A stretch of DNA of 64,000 bases, taken from positions 2,304,001-2,368,000 of the forward strand of contig OZ244852.1 in the NCBI GenBank assembly GCA_965220965.1. Reading direction: 5' to 3'. Each line of letters opens with the position of its first letter. Position 1 is the first letter of the stretch. The position numbers and the translations under genes were made by a program. This stretch comes from Candidatus Marinacidobacterium sp. Lineage in GTDB: Bacteria > Acidobacteriota > Vicinamibacteria > Marinacidobacterales > Marinacidobacteraceae. The notes under the pieces were generated by a model. It worked only from the letters and a program-made list of their open reading frames with translations. It was not told the DNA's origin and did not search any database. Shown in pieces: positions 53,755 through 62,809 of this stretch.

Positions 53755-54891
53755 CTGATTCCGCGGGCCGCGGTCACCCAGGTTCGGCGGGCGCTTCAGC
53801 GGAGCCCCGTCGCCCTGCTGATCGGGCCGCGGCAGTGCGGCAAGACAACGCTCGCGCGTCAGCTCGTGGTCCCGGACTCGGCGAACTACTTCGACCTCGA
53901 GGACCCGTTGAGCCTCGCCCGGCTGGACCAGCCGATGACCGCGCTGGAGCGTCTCGAGGGGCTCGTGGTCCTCGATGAGATCCAGCGCCGGCCGGAGCTC
54001 TTCCCCATCCTGCGGGTCCTCGTGGACCGGGAAGGCGCGCCGACGCCGTTTCTGGTGCTGGGAAGCGCCGGCCCCGAGCTGCTCCGACAGAGTTCCGAGT
54101 CACTCGCCGGGCGGATCGAGATCATTGAGCTTTCTGGCCTTCAGATCGCGGAGGTCGGCCCGGAGCGGCTCGACTCGCTCTGGCTGCGGGGCGGATTCCC
54201 CCGGTCGTTCCTGGCGGAGAGCGACGAGGACAGCCTGGCCTGGCGGCGGTCCTACCTTCGCGCCTTCGTCGAGCGCGACCTCCCGGCGTTCGGGGTGCGG
54301 ACGCCGCCCACGACGCTTCACCGGCTGCTGCTCATGCTGACGGCCTATCACGGGCAGATCGTGAACCTCGCGGCGATCTCCGGAGCCATCGGGATACCGG
54401 AATCGACGATCCGTCGCACCCTGGATCTGCTGGAGCACCTCTTCCTGATCCGGCAGTTGCGGCCCTGGCGCGAGAACCTGCGAAAGCGCCAGGTGAAGCG
54501 GCCGAAGCTCTACATCCGCGACCCGGGCGTACTCCACCACCTTCTGGGACTCGCCACCATGGACCGGCTCCTTGCGGATCCCCGGCTGGGGGCCTCGTGG
54601 GAGGGCTTCCTCCTGGAGAAGGTGCTGGCCGAAGCGGCGCCCAACCAGGCGTACTTCTGGGGCACGCACGCCGGCGCCGAACTGGACCTGCTGCTCCTGA
54701 CGCGGGGCCGCCGGGTCGGGGTCGAGATCAAGTGGGCCGATGCGCCTCGTCGCACCCGGTCGATGACCACCGCGCTGGCCGACCTGCGCCTCGATCATCT
54801 CTTCGTCGTCTACCCCGGTGAGCGTCGCTACCAGATCAGTGACCGCGTTACCGCCCTTCCGGCGCGGGAGCCATTCCCGACCACCGAATGA
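53755..54891 (+). CDS. ATP-binding protein, AAA_14 + DUF4143, copy 2 (start uncertain: 53659/53728/53755)
   Basis: GPRQCGKT, LDEIQRRPELF, LGS, RGGFP, KRPKLYIRDPG, ELDLL..GVEIK. Confidence 0.88.
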   Translation: MIPRAAVTQVRRALQRSPVALLIGPRQCGKTTLARQLVVPDSANYFDLEDPLSLARLDQPMTALERLEGLVVLDEIQRRPELFPILRVLVDREGAPTPFLVLGSAGPELLRQSSESLAGRIEIIELSGLQIAEVGPERLDSLWLRGGFPRSFLAESDEDSLAWRRSYLRAFVERDLPAFGVRTPPTTLHRLLLMLTAYHGQIVNLAAISGAIGIPESTIRRTLDLLEHLFLIRQLRPWRENLRKRQVKRPKLYIRDPGVLHHLLGLATMDRLLADPRLGASWEGFLLEKVLAEAAPNQAYFWGTHAGAELDLLLLTRGRRVGVEIKWADAPRRTRSMTTALADLRLDHLFVVYPGERRYQISDRVTALPAREPFPTTE

Positions 54892-56039
54892 CTGAGCTCC
54901 TGAACCCGGAAGGGCGCGCCTCGTCCGCTTCCGTCGGCATGGCGATTCTGGTGTTGCTCTCAGCGACGCCGGCCCCCGCGCAAATGCGCTTCCTGGGAAC
55001 GCCCCTCGAGGAGGAGGGGGCGACGAGCGCCGGGGTGAGCCTCGGTGATCTGGACGGCGACGGCGACCTCGACATCGTGCTCGCGAAGGGGCGGCACTGG
55101 CCGCTCGAGAACCTCGTCCTGGTGAACGACGGATCGGGGAGGTTCGATGAGCGCCATCCGGTGGGCGGGGGCCCTGACCGGACCTACACCGCGGCGCTCG
55201 CCGACCTCGACGGGGACGGGAACCTCGACCTGGTCGTCGGCAACGACCAGCCGGACGGCAAACGGATCCATCGGGGCGACGGAAACGCGAGGTTCCGGCT
55301 CGCCGGAACGTTTGGCGACCCGGCCTGGCCCACCCGGAACCTCACCGTCAGCGACCTCGACGGCGATGGGCGGCCGGATCTGGTCGTCGCGAACCGGGGC
55401 GGACCGGAGCGCTCGGCGAACGCCGTCTGTCCAAGCGACGGAAGCGGGAGCTTCCCTGGCTGCATCGAGCTCTCCGGGGAGTCGGCGACGACGATCGCGG
55501 CGGGCGACCTGACCGGCGACGGGTTCCCCGACCTGTTCGTCCCGCACCGCGACGGTGGCCAGAGCTTCCTGTTCCCGAACGACGGGTCCGGGAACTTCAC
55601 CGAACGCCGCCCGGTGGGGCCGGAGCAATCGGCGACGCGGGCGGTGACGGTCGGAGACTTCGACGGGGATGGCTGGCTCGACCTCGCGGCCGGCGACGAG
55701 ACCCACGGCGGACTGCGGATCTTCCGGAACCGGGGCGGCGGGGCGTTCGACGACGGCCGGCCGGTCGGGGATCCCGGGGACCGGGTCTACTCGCTCGCCG
55801 CCGCCGACCTCGACCGGGACGGGGACCTCGAGCTGATCGTCGGCAACCGGGACACCCCCGGCGCGGTCCTCTGGAACGACGAGGCGGGCGCCAAGTGGAC
55901 GCTCACCCGCTTCGGCGACGCCGCCGGGGCGATCTACGGGCTGGCCACCGGCGATCTCGATGGAGACGGCCTCCGCGAGATCGCTGCCGCGCGCTCCGGC
56001 GCGCCGAACATGGTCTACCGGATCCGCGGAATCCGCTGA
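54888..56039 (+). CDS. FG-GAP/VCBS-repeat beta-propeller protein
   Basis: Seven DxDGDGxxD-type repeats (GDLDGDGDLD, ADLDGDGNLD etc.); signal-like N-terminus. Confidence 0.88.
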   Translation: MTELLNPEGRASSASVGMAILVLLSATPAPAQMRFLGTPLEEEGATSAGVSLGDLDGDGDLDIVLAKGRHWPLENLVLVNDGSGRFDERHPVGGGPDRTYTAALADLDGDGNLDLVVGNDQPDGKRIHRGDGNARFRLAGTFGDPAWPTRNLTVSDLDGDGRPDLVVANRGGPERSANAVCPSDGSGSFPGCIELSGESATTIAAGDLTGDGFPDLFVPHRDGGQSFLFPNDGSGNFTERRPVGPEQSATRAVTVGDFDGDGWLDLAAGDETHGGLRIFRNRGGGAFDDGRPVGDPGDRVYSLAAADLDRDGDLELIVGNRDTPGAVLWNDEAGAKWTLTRFGDAAGAIYGLATGDLDGDGLREIAAARSGAPNMVYRIRGIR

Positions 56040-56158
56040 CGGTCCCGGCAGGTCAAGCGATCAATCCGGTCGCCATGCGCGGCGGGGCGCAGATGTGGGC
56101 GAGACACGCCGAGACTAGGCCAGGAAACCGGCCTCGACGAGGGATTGGCTCGGATCGA

Positions 56159-58123
56159 TTACCGCTCGCGCGATTCCCAGGCTTCCGCGCCGAAGAACGT
56201 GATCCCGTCGACCTCGAACCAGAACGGTCCGAGCTCGTCCTCCCCCCGGCGCGACAGGTAGAAGCCGCCGCAGGCCTCGCCGGACCAGGCGTCGGCGTCC
56301 GGCGCCCCGATCGGCCCAAGCCGGTCGGACCCAAGCTCCACCGGGCGCCAGGCCTCGGTCACGTCGATCTCGCTTCCGTACTCGACCCCGCCGCAGCGGA
56401 TCGTGAGCTGGAACGGGCGGCTGCCACGGGCGTGGAGCCGGACTCCGCCGAGGTCTGCGAGGCGCACCGGGGCCGCCCCGCGGTCGAAGGGCTGGTACAT
56501 CTGCGCCAGCGGACCACGCTCGGCCCCGGCGATGAGCTCTCCCTCGACCCGGACCGCGGTCGCGCTCCCCGCCGCGCCGCCCTCGACCAGGCTCAGCCCG
56601 ACCCGGGACACGCCGTTCGTGAACGTCTGCCACCGGACCCCGGTGTTGCTGAAGAGGTCGCCGTCCTCGAAGTCGTCCAGCTCGAGCGCGGCGCCTGGCC
56701 CGAGCGCCTCCGGGAACGGGTCCGTCCCGCTTCCCGCCAGCGGCCCCGCAGCCGTCCCGGCCGCGCCCTCGACCGCCGCCACCAGCCGGTCGGTCGTCCG
56801 GATCAGGAACTGGCCATCGGAGATCGCCGGCGTGGAGAGCGTCACCCCGCCCATCGGGTTCTGCGCGAGGAGCTCGTACTCCCGGCCCGCCCGCACCACG
56901 AAAATGTCCCCGTCCTCGCTGGCGAGATAGATCCGGCCATCGGCGGCGACCGGGGAGGCGGTGTAGGCCCCGCCCCGACGGGCGATCCGCTGGCGGTAGA
57001 CCCGCTCGCCGGTGTCCGCCTCGAACGCGGTCAGCACCCCGCCGGTGGAGACCACGTAGAGCAGCCCGCGGTAGGCCAGCGGGGAGGACATGTAGGGCCC
57101 GTAGCGCGGCGAACTCCAGGCGACGTGGGCGTTCGAGGTCGTCCCCTCGGCGAGCGAGATGTCTCCCTCCGCGTCGGCCCGGATCGCGAAGATCGGCCGG
57201 AAGCGGTACCCGCTCGTCAGATAGATGAGTCCGTCGCTGACGATCGGCGTCGGCGTCGTGTTGAACGAACTGCCCGACATCCGCCAGAGCTCGGCGCCGG
57301 TCCGGACGTCGTAGCCGTGCATCGTCCCGGCGCCGTTCGTGATGACCTGCGTCCGGCCCGCTTCCGAGTGGACCGTCGGCGTCCCGAACGAGGAGATCAG
57401 GTCGCGTTCGACCCGCCACGCCTCCTCACCGGTCGCCTTGTCGAAGGCCGCCAGGAACGAACCCTCCTGCTGGTCGGCGAGCACCAGGACGAGGTCCTCC
57501 CAGAGCACCGGCGAGCTGGCGGCGGCCCATTCGTAGCTGTCGTCGTAGCTCGCCCCGGCGTTGATCGGGCCGAGCTCGACCTCCCACTGGAGGTTGCCGT
57601 CGATGTCGAAGGCGGACAGTCCACCGGTCGCGACGAGCACGACGACGACCTCGCCGTCGGTCGCCGGCGTCGCCGAGGCATAGCTGTTCTTGGGATGGCG
57701 CTGGATCACCGGGACTCCGGCGGTGACCTCCCGCGACCAGAGGAACGCCCCGGCGTCGCGGTCCACCGCGTGGACGAACCAGCGGTTCCGCTCCCGGTCG
57801 GTCCGGCGATCGATCCGCCCGTCGGTCCCGTAGCGGAAAACCGGGTCCGGGTCGTCGCTCACCGCCGAGGTCACGAAGATCCGGTTCCCCCAGACGACCG
57901 GACTCGAGTGCCCGAGGCCCGGGACCTCGACGCTCCAGGCGATGTTGTGGCCGGTCTCGGCGTTCCACTCGGTGGGGGCCCGTTCGCCGTCGGCGACGCC
58001 GGAGGCGGCGGGACCGCGGAAGGACGGCCAGGGCGAGCGGGCCGGGCCGGCGTCCTGCCCGAGGGCGGCGGAAGCCGCAACCAGCCCGGCGAGGCACAGG
58101 AAGAAGACGGGGAACCGGCGCAT
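56159..58123 (-). CDS. PQQ-like beta-propeller protein with C-terminal CIA30/CBM-like domain
   Basis: WPSFRGP, PGLGHSSPVVWG, SYASATPATDG, ASPVAADGRIY; C-terminal LDDFEDG...FWFEVDGITF. Confidence 0.85.
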   Translation of the reverse strand: MRRFPVFFLCLAGLVAASAALGQDAGPARSPWPSFRGPAASGVADGERAPTEWNAETGHNIAWSVEVPGLGHSSPVVWGNRIFVTSAVSDDPDPVFRYGTDGRIDRRTDRERNRWFVHAVDRDAGAFLWSREVTAGVPVIQRHPKNSYASATPATDGEVVVVLVATGGLSAFDIDGNLQWEVELGPINAGASYDDSYEWAAASSPVLWEDLVLVLADQQEGSFLAAFDKATGEEAWRVERDLISSFGTPTVHSEAGRTQVITNGAGTMHGYDVRTGAELWRMSGSSFNTTPTPIVSDGLIYLTSGYRFRPIFAIRADAEGDISLAEGTTSNAHVAWSSPRYGPYMSSPLAYRGLLYVVSTGGVLTAFEADTGERVYRQRIARRGGAYTASPVAADGRIYLASEDGDIFVVRAGREYELLAQNPMGGVTLSTPAISDGQFLIRTTDRLVAAVEGAAGTAAGPLAGSGTDPFPEALGPGAALELDDFEDGDLFSNTGVRWQTFTNGVSRVGLSLVEGGAAGSATAVRVEGELIAGAERGPLAQMYQPFDRGAAPVRLADLGGVRLHARGSRPFQLTIRCGGVEYGSEIDVTEAWRPVELGSDRLGPIGAPDADAWSGEACGGFYLSRRGEDELGPFWFEVDGITFFGAEAWESRER

Positions 58124-58277
58124 GGCGGGCGGACGAACCGCCGGAGCAATCGTATCGGTCTCGCCGCGCCGCGCTTTGACAGCGGCGGGCGCGCCCGCGT
58201 ATCGTCGAATCGTTGCGACCGACGCCGGCGGCGGCGCTTCAGAGGCCCTCGCCGGCCCCTGTCCGAAGGAGACCGCC

Positions 58278-59942
58278 ATGACCCGCCTTTCCCGGCTTCC
58301 GGGCCTCATCGCCCTGTTCGCCCTCGCGCTCACCGCCTTCGCCTGTGGCGGAGGGGCCGACATGGAGGCGGACCCCGCGCCGCTCTCCGCCGAACTCGGC
58401 ATCCGCGCCTCGGGGGACACCGAGCTGAGCCCCGACATGGAGCGGATCCCCGATGAGCTCCGGCAGGTCTTCGACTACATCGACGCGAACGTGGACGACC
58501 ACGTGATGAACCTGCGCCGCTGGATCCAGCAGCCCAGCATCTCGAACTCCGGCGAGGGCATCCAGGAGTCGGCGCAGATGGTGAAGGGCTTCTTCGACCA
58601 GCTCGGCTGCCAGGTCTCCGAGGTCCACGACATCCCGATGACCGAGTGGGGCCAGCCGGGCAACCCGGTCGTCTACGCGAACTGCGACTACGGGAAGGAG
58701 CAGACGCTGCTCATCTACTGGATGTACGACACGATGCCGATCACCCAGCCGGAGGCCTGGGTCTACCCGCCGTTCGACGGGGAACTGACCGAGTTCGGTC
58801 CGTTCCAGAAGGTGATGATCGGGCGCGGGGCCACGAACTCGAAGGGGCCCCAGATGGTCATGTGGAACGCGATGCACTCGATCTACGAAGTCACCGGCTC
58901 CATGCCGGTGAACCTGATCTTCATCGCCGAGGGCGACGAGGAGCGCATGTCGATCGGCCTCCGCCAGTTCGTCCGCGAGAACCCCGAGCTCTTCCGGGCC
59001 GCGGATGCGATGTACCGCACCGGACGGCAGGCGCGCTCCGGCGCGGCCGGGTTCTCGGGCGGCTCCGAGGGGTGCGTCTACATCGAGCTGACCACCAGCG
59101 GGGCGAGCTGGGGCCGGGGGCCGGTGGCCTCGAACATCCACGGCGCGCACAAGCGGTCCACCGACGCTCCGGCGCTGCGGCACATCAAGATGCTGTCCAG
59201 CCTCATCTCGGATGACGGGAACACCGTGCTCGTGCCTGGCTTCTACGAGGGCGCCGACCCGCTCAGCGAGGCCGAGGAGGCGATGTTCCTCCGCGCCGCC
59301 GAGAACCTCGACCTGACGATCGCCGCCGAGAACATCGGCGTCGCCCGCTTCATGACGGACGATCCGCTCCAGCACCTCAAGAACGCGCGCTACGGAATCT
59401 CCTTCAACATGGACGGCGTGTGGGCCGGGAACATGTATCCCGGCGGGGCGGGGGCGATCCTGCCGAACCGGATCACCTCGAAGCACAACATGCGCTACGT
59501 CCCGGGCATGGACGGGCTCGAACTCGTCCAGAAGATCCGCGACTACCTCGACGCGCAGGGCTACGAGGACGTCGAGCTGACGATCATCGGGGATGTCCCC
59601 TGGTCGAAGAGCAGCTACGACAACGAGCTCGCCGAGGCGGTGACCCGGATGTTCGACGTGTTCGGGGTCCGCTACCGCGAGCCGATCCAGGAGGAGTCCA
59701 TCCTCGGCGGCTACTGGCCCGCCTACCTGTTCAGCGGCCGGGACAACGAACTCCCCGGCGGCACCGACCTCGCGATGCCGATCGTCGGCGGCGCGATGGG
59801 CCACGGCGGAGGCGCCCACGCCGCGAACGAGTTCTGGGTCATCGAGGGCGCCGGCCGGGTCTACGGGATGGCGGGGGCCGAGAAGTCGGTCGCCACCGTC
59901 CTCTACTCCTACGCCGGCCACCTGCTCGACCCGGCCGAGTAG
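58278..59942 (+). CDS. M20/M25/M40 metallo-hydrolase, lipoprotein
   Basis: AAGGAG RBS; AFAC lipobox; MYDTMP, GRGATNSKGP, EGDEE, AHAANE. Confidence 0.88.
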   Translation: MTRLSRLPGLIALFALALTAFACGGGADMEADPAPLSAELGIRASGDTELSPDMERIPDELRQVFDYIDANVDDHVMNLRRWIQQPSISNSGEGIQESAQMVKGFFDQLGCQVSEVHDIPMTEWGQPGNPVVYANCDYGKEQTLLIYWMYDTMPITQPEAWVYPPFDGELTEFGPFQKVMIGRGATNSKGPQMVMWNAMHSIYEVTGSMPVNLIFIAEGDEERMSIGLRQFVRENPELFRAADAMYRTGRQARSGAAGFSGGSEGCVYIELTTSGASWGRGPVASNIHGAHKRSTDAPALRHIKMLSSLISDDGNTVLVPGFYEGADPLSEAEEAMFLRAAENLDLTIAAENIGVARFMTDDPLQHLKNARYGISFNMDGVWAGNMYPGGAGAILPNRITSKHNMRYVPGMDGLELVQKIRDYLDAQGYEDVELTIIGDVPWSKSSYDNELAEAVTRMFDVFGVRYREPIQEESILGGYWPAYLFSGRDNELPGGTDLAMPIVGGAMGHGGGAHAANEFWVIEGAGRVYGMAGAEKSVATVLYSYAGHLLDPAE

Positions 59943-59962
59943 ACCCCGGTTCGAGCCGCGCC

Positions 59963-61657
59963 ATGGACTCTTCCGAACGGAGCGCCCGCTCCCGGCGCAA
60001 CTTCCTCGCCTGGTGCTCCGGCGCCGGGCTCGGCGGGACGCTGTTCCCCGGCGCGCTGTGGGGCTGCATGCAGCGGGAGGGCGCGGAGCGCGTCAACCCC
60101 CGGATGATGCGGGAGGCCGCCGCCCTCGCCGGGCTCGAGTTCACCGACGAGGAATACGAGCTCATGGTGGACGAGGCGAACAAGAACTTCGACCACTACG
60201 AGGAGATGCGCCAGATCCCGCTCGACAACGCGGTCCCGCCGCCGCTCTATTTCAACCCGGTCGTCCCGGGGATGACCTTCGACCGGGAGGCCCGCGAGCT
60301 CCGGCGGAGCGCGGCGCCCGACGTGTCCCGGCCCGACGACCTCGAGGAGGCGGCCTTCTGGCCGCTGACCCACCTCGCGCGGCTCGTCGAGACCCGGCAG
60401 GTCACCGCGCTCGAGCTCACCGAGATGTACCTGGCGCGGCTCGAACGGCTGAACCCGGTCCTGAACTGCGTGGTGACGCTCACGGCGGAACGGGCGCGCG
60501 AGCAGGCGCGCGAAGCCGACGAGGAGATCGCCGCCGGGGACTACCGTGGTCCGCTCCACGGGATCCCGTGGGGCGCGAAGGACATCATCGCGGTCCGCGG
60601 CTACCGGACCACGTGGGGCGCCGGGCCGTTCGAGAACCAGGTGCTTGACCTCGACGCCGCCGTCGTCGAGCGCCTCGACGCCGCCGGGGCGATCCTCGTC
60701 GCCAAGCTCACCACCGGCGAGCTGGCCTTCGGGGACCGCTGGTTCGGAGGCCGCACGAACAACCCCTGGAACCCGGAGGAGGGCTCGAGCGGGTCCTCGG
60801 CGGGGTCGGGCTCGGCGGCCGGCGGCGGTCTCGTCGGGTTCGCCATCGGGACCGACACCGGCGGCTCGATCCTCTCGCCCTCGGTGCGCTGCGGCGTGGT
60901 CGGCCTCCGCCCCACGTTCGGCCGGGTGAGCCGCCACGGGGTCATGGCCGCCGGCTACTCGCTCGACAAGATCGGGCCGATGACCCGGACCGCGGAAGAC
61001 AACGCGCTCGTTCTCCACGCGATCGCCGGCCCGGACGACCGCGATCTCGCGGTGGTCCGGGACGTCCCGTTCTCCTGGGACGGGACCGCTTCGGGACGCG
61101 ATCTCCGGATCGGCTACGTCGAGTCCGCGTTCGACGACCCCGAGTCGCCGGAGGACGAGGAGACGCTCGCCCACGCCCGGCGGACGCTTGAGACGCTGCG
61201 CGGACTCGGCTACGACCTGACCCCGGTCGAGCTTCCGGCGAACCGGCTGACCTACTTCATCGAGTATGTCGAGCGGTCGGCCGGCTTCGATCAGTTCGCC
61301 CGTGAGCGGCGCGACCAGGACCTCGTCCGGCAGCGGCACCGCGGCGAGCTGCGGGCCTCGCATCTGGTCCCGGCGGTCGAGTACCTCCAGGCGAACCGCA
61401 TCCGACGGCTCAACATGGAGGAAGTCGCCGTCGCGCTCGCCGACCTCGACGCCGTCGTCTCCCCGTGGCGGGCGATCAACGCGGTGACGAGCATGACCGG
61501 GCACCCGGTCGTGACCGTGCCGAACGGGTTCGCCGAGGACGGGACGCCCACCGGGATCGCGCTCCTGGGGCAGATCTACGGCGAGGAGCGTCTCCTGCTC
61601 GCCGCGAAGATCCTGCAGGACGCGACGGACTTCCACCTCCGCCACCCGGATCTCTGA
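59963..61657 (+). CDS. Amidase signature family protein with Tat signal
   Basis: SRRNFL, GPLHGIPWGAKD, GSSGSSAGS, IGTDTGGSI..PS. Confidence 0.92.
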   Translation: MDSSERSARSRRNFLAWCSGAGLGGTLFPGALWGCMQREGAERVNPRMMREAAALAGLEFTDEEYELMVDEANKNFDHYEEMRQIPLDNAVPPPLYFNPVVPGMTFDREARELRRSAAPDVSRPDDLEEAAFWPLTHLARLVETRQVTALELTEMYLARLERLNPVLNCVVTLTAERAREQAREADEEIAAGDYRGPLHGIPWGAKDIIAVRGYRTTWGAGPFENQVLDLDAAVVERLDAAGAILVAKLTTGELAFGDRWFGGRTNNPWNPEEGSSGSSAGSGSAAGGGLVGFAIGTDTGGSILSPSVRCGVVGLRPTFGRVSRHGVMAAGYSLDKIGPMTRTAEDNALVLHAIAGPDDRDLAVVRDVPFSWDGTASGRDLRIGYVESAFDDPESPEDEETLAHARRTLETLRGLGYDLTPVELPANRLTYFIEYVERSAGFDQFARERRDQDLVRQRHRGELRASHLVPAVEYLQANRIRRLNMEEVAVALADLDAVVSPWRAINAVTSMTGHPVVTVPNGFAEDGTPTGIALLGQIYGEERLLLAAKILQDATDFHLRHPDL

Positions 61658-61698
61658 GGGCGGGCCGCATCGGTCGCTACGCCTCCCAGGCGCAGGCG

Positions 61699-62751
61699 TC
61701 AGGTCGTGCGAGTCGGTCCAGGCAGCTCCAGTCTGGAGTGCGAGAACTTGTAGACCCCTCTGTCTCGCTTTCCCTCTGGCGGATGACATCGGAGGCTCCA
61801 GGCCTCCTGGAGCGACTTCACCTGTCTCGGTAGGCGCACCTCTCCAACGAGATTCTGCTGCGCCATCGCCTTGATCCTGTTCCCGATTCCGGAAGTGTGC
61901 CTCTCATGCCACCGCTCAAACACGGACTCGTGCCAGGTCCACGGTTGCTGCGACAGCGTCACGAGCCCCCTGATGATCCGTGCGAAGACGCGGGTTCCGA
62001 TCCGCACGCGCGGACGGCCGGACTCGCGGTCGCGAGCCGTATACCGCAACCATGACATGTTGCGGCGCTGTCCCTTGGGTAGGTCGCTGGGGTAGTAGAC
62101 AGAATCCGCTTTCTTCAGGAAATCAGGAAACGTCTTCCACGGCATTTTGGAAAACGCGATCGGTTGGCTTGAGGCCGGCTTGTGTTCGCCAACGTGATCT
62201 TGGGTCAACTCGGCTCCATCCTGGATGAACGTGTGCGTCTCCTCCCGGAATGGCGTGTCGGATGGCGAGAGCACGGAACCGATCGTCTGCTTTCCCTGGA
62301 CAATATCGATCACGCCTCCATGTAGGGACTCCAGATAGAGGTCTTCGAGCGCATCCTCCATCTGCGGCTTGTCCGCCTCCCGAAGCAGTCTTTTGTGGAG
62401 GTGCGTCAGGTTGTGGCTCTGGCGGTCGTTCGCCAGGTCCTCGCGTGAGACCCCCGGATACTCCCGACCGGGGATCCGATCGACGCTTTGCGCGTAAACG
62501 AGCTGCAGGGCCAGTTCGAGGGCGCGACCACCGTGGTACGCGCTGAGGTCTTCGCACTCGTGCCGCTGAGCAAGCAGGCGAATCGTGTCTTCGCCACCGG
62601 CGCCGGGCGCGGCGCGGCCTACTCCGTAGGCCAAGGTCCATGACTTGGCCTCCAGAAGGAACATCTGTTCCAGTTGGGCCTGCACGCTCTCCTCAAGCGC
62701 CAGGAGCTGATCGGAGCCAGCCTTTCCTGGGGGGGTCGCCCAGAACTTCAT
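61699..62751 (-). CDS. Hypothetical protein with visibly lower GC and HEPN-like motifs
   Basis: 350-codon ORF filling the gap; ALELALQLVY and RQSHNLTHL segments. Confidence 0.6.
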   Translation of the reverse strand: MKFWATPPGKAGSDQLLALEESVQAQLEQMFLLEAKSWTLAYGVGRAAPGAGGEDTIRLLAQRHECEDLSAYHGGRALELALQLVYAQSVDRIPGREYPGVSREDLANDRQSHNLTHLHKRLLREADKPQMEDALEDLYLESLHGGVIDIVQGKQTIGSVLSPSDTPFREETHTFIQDGAELTQDHVGEHKPASSQPIAFSKMPWKTFPDFLKKADSVYYPSDLPKGQRRNMSWLRYTARDRESGRPRVRIGTRVFARIIRGLVTLSQQPWTWHESVFERWHERHTSGIGNRIKAMAQQNLVGEVRLPRQVKSLQEAWSLRCHPPEGKRDRGVYKFSHSRLELPGPTRTT

Positions 62752-62809
62752 TCAGAACCTCACCGCGCGGCGCGGTTGGTTGCCTCCTGACACATCGAGG
62801 CGCGGTCGG

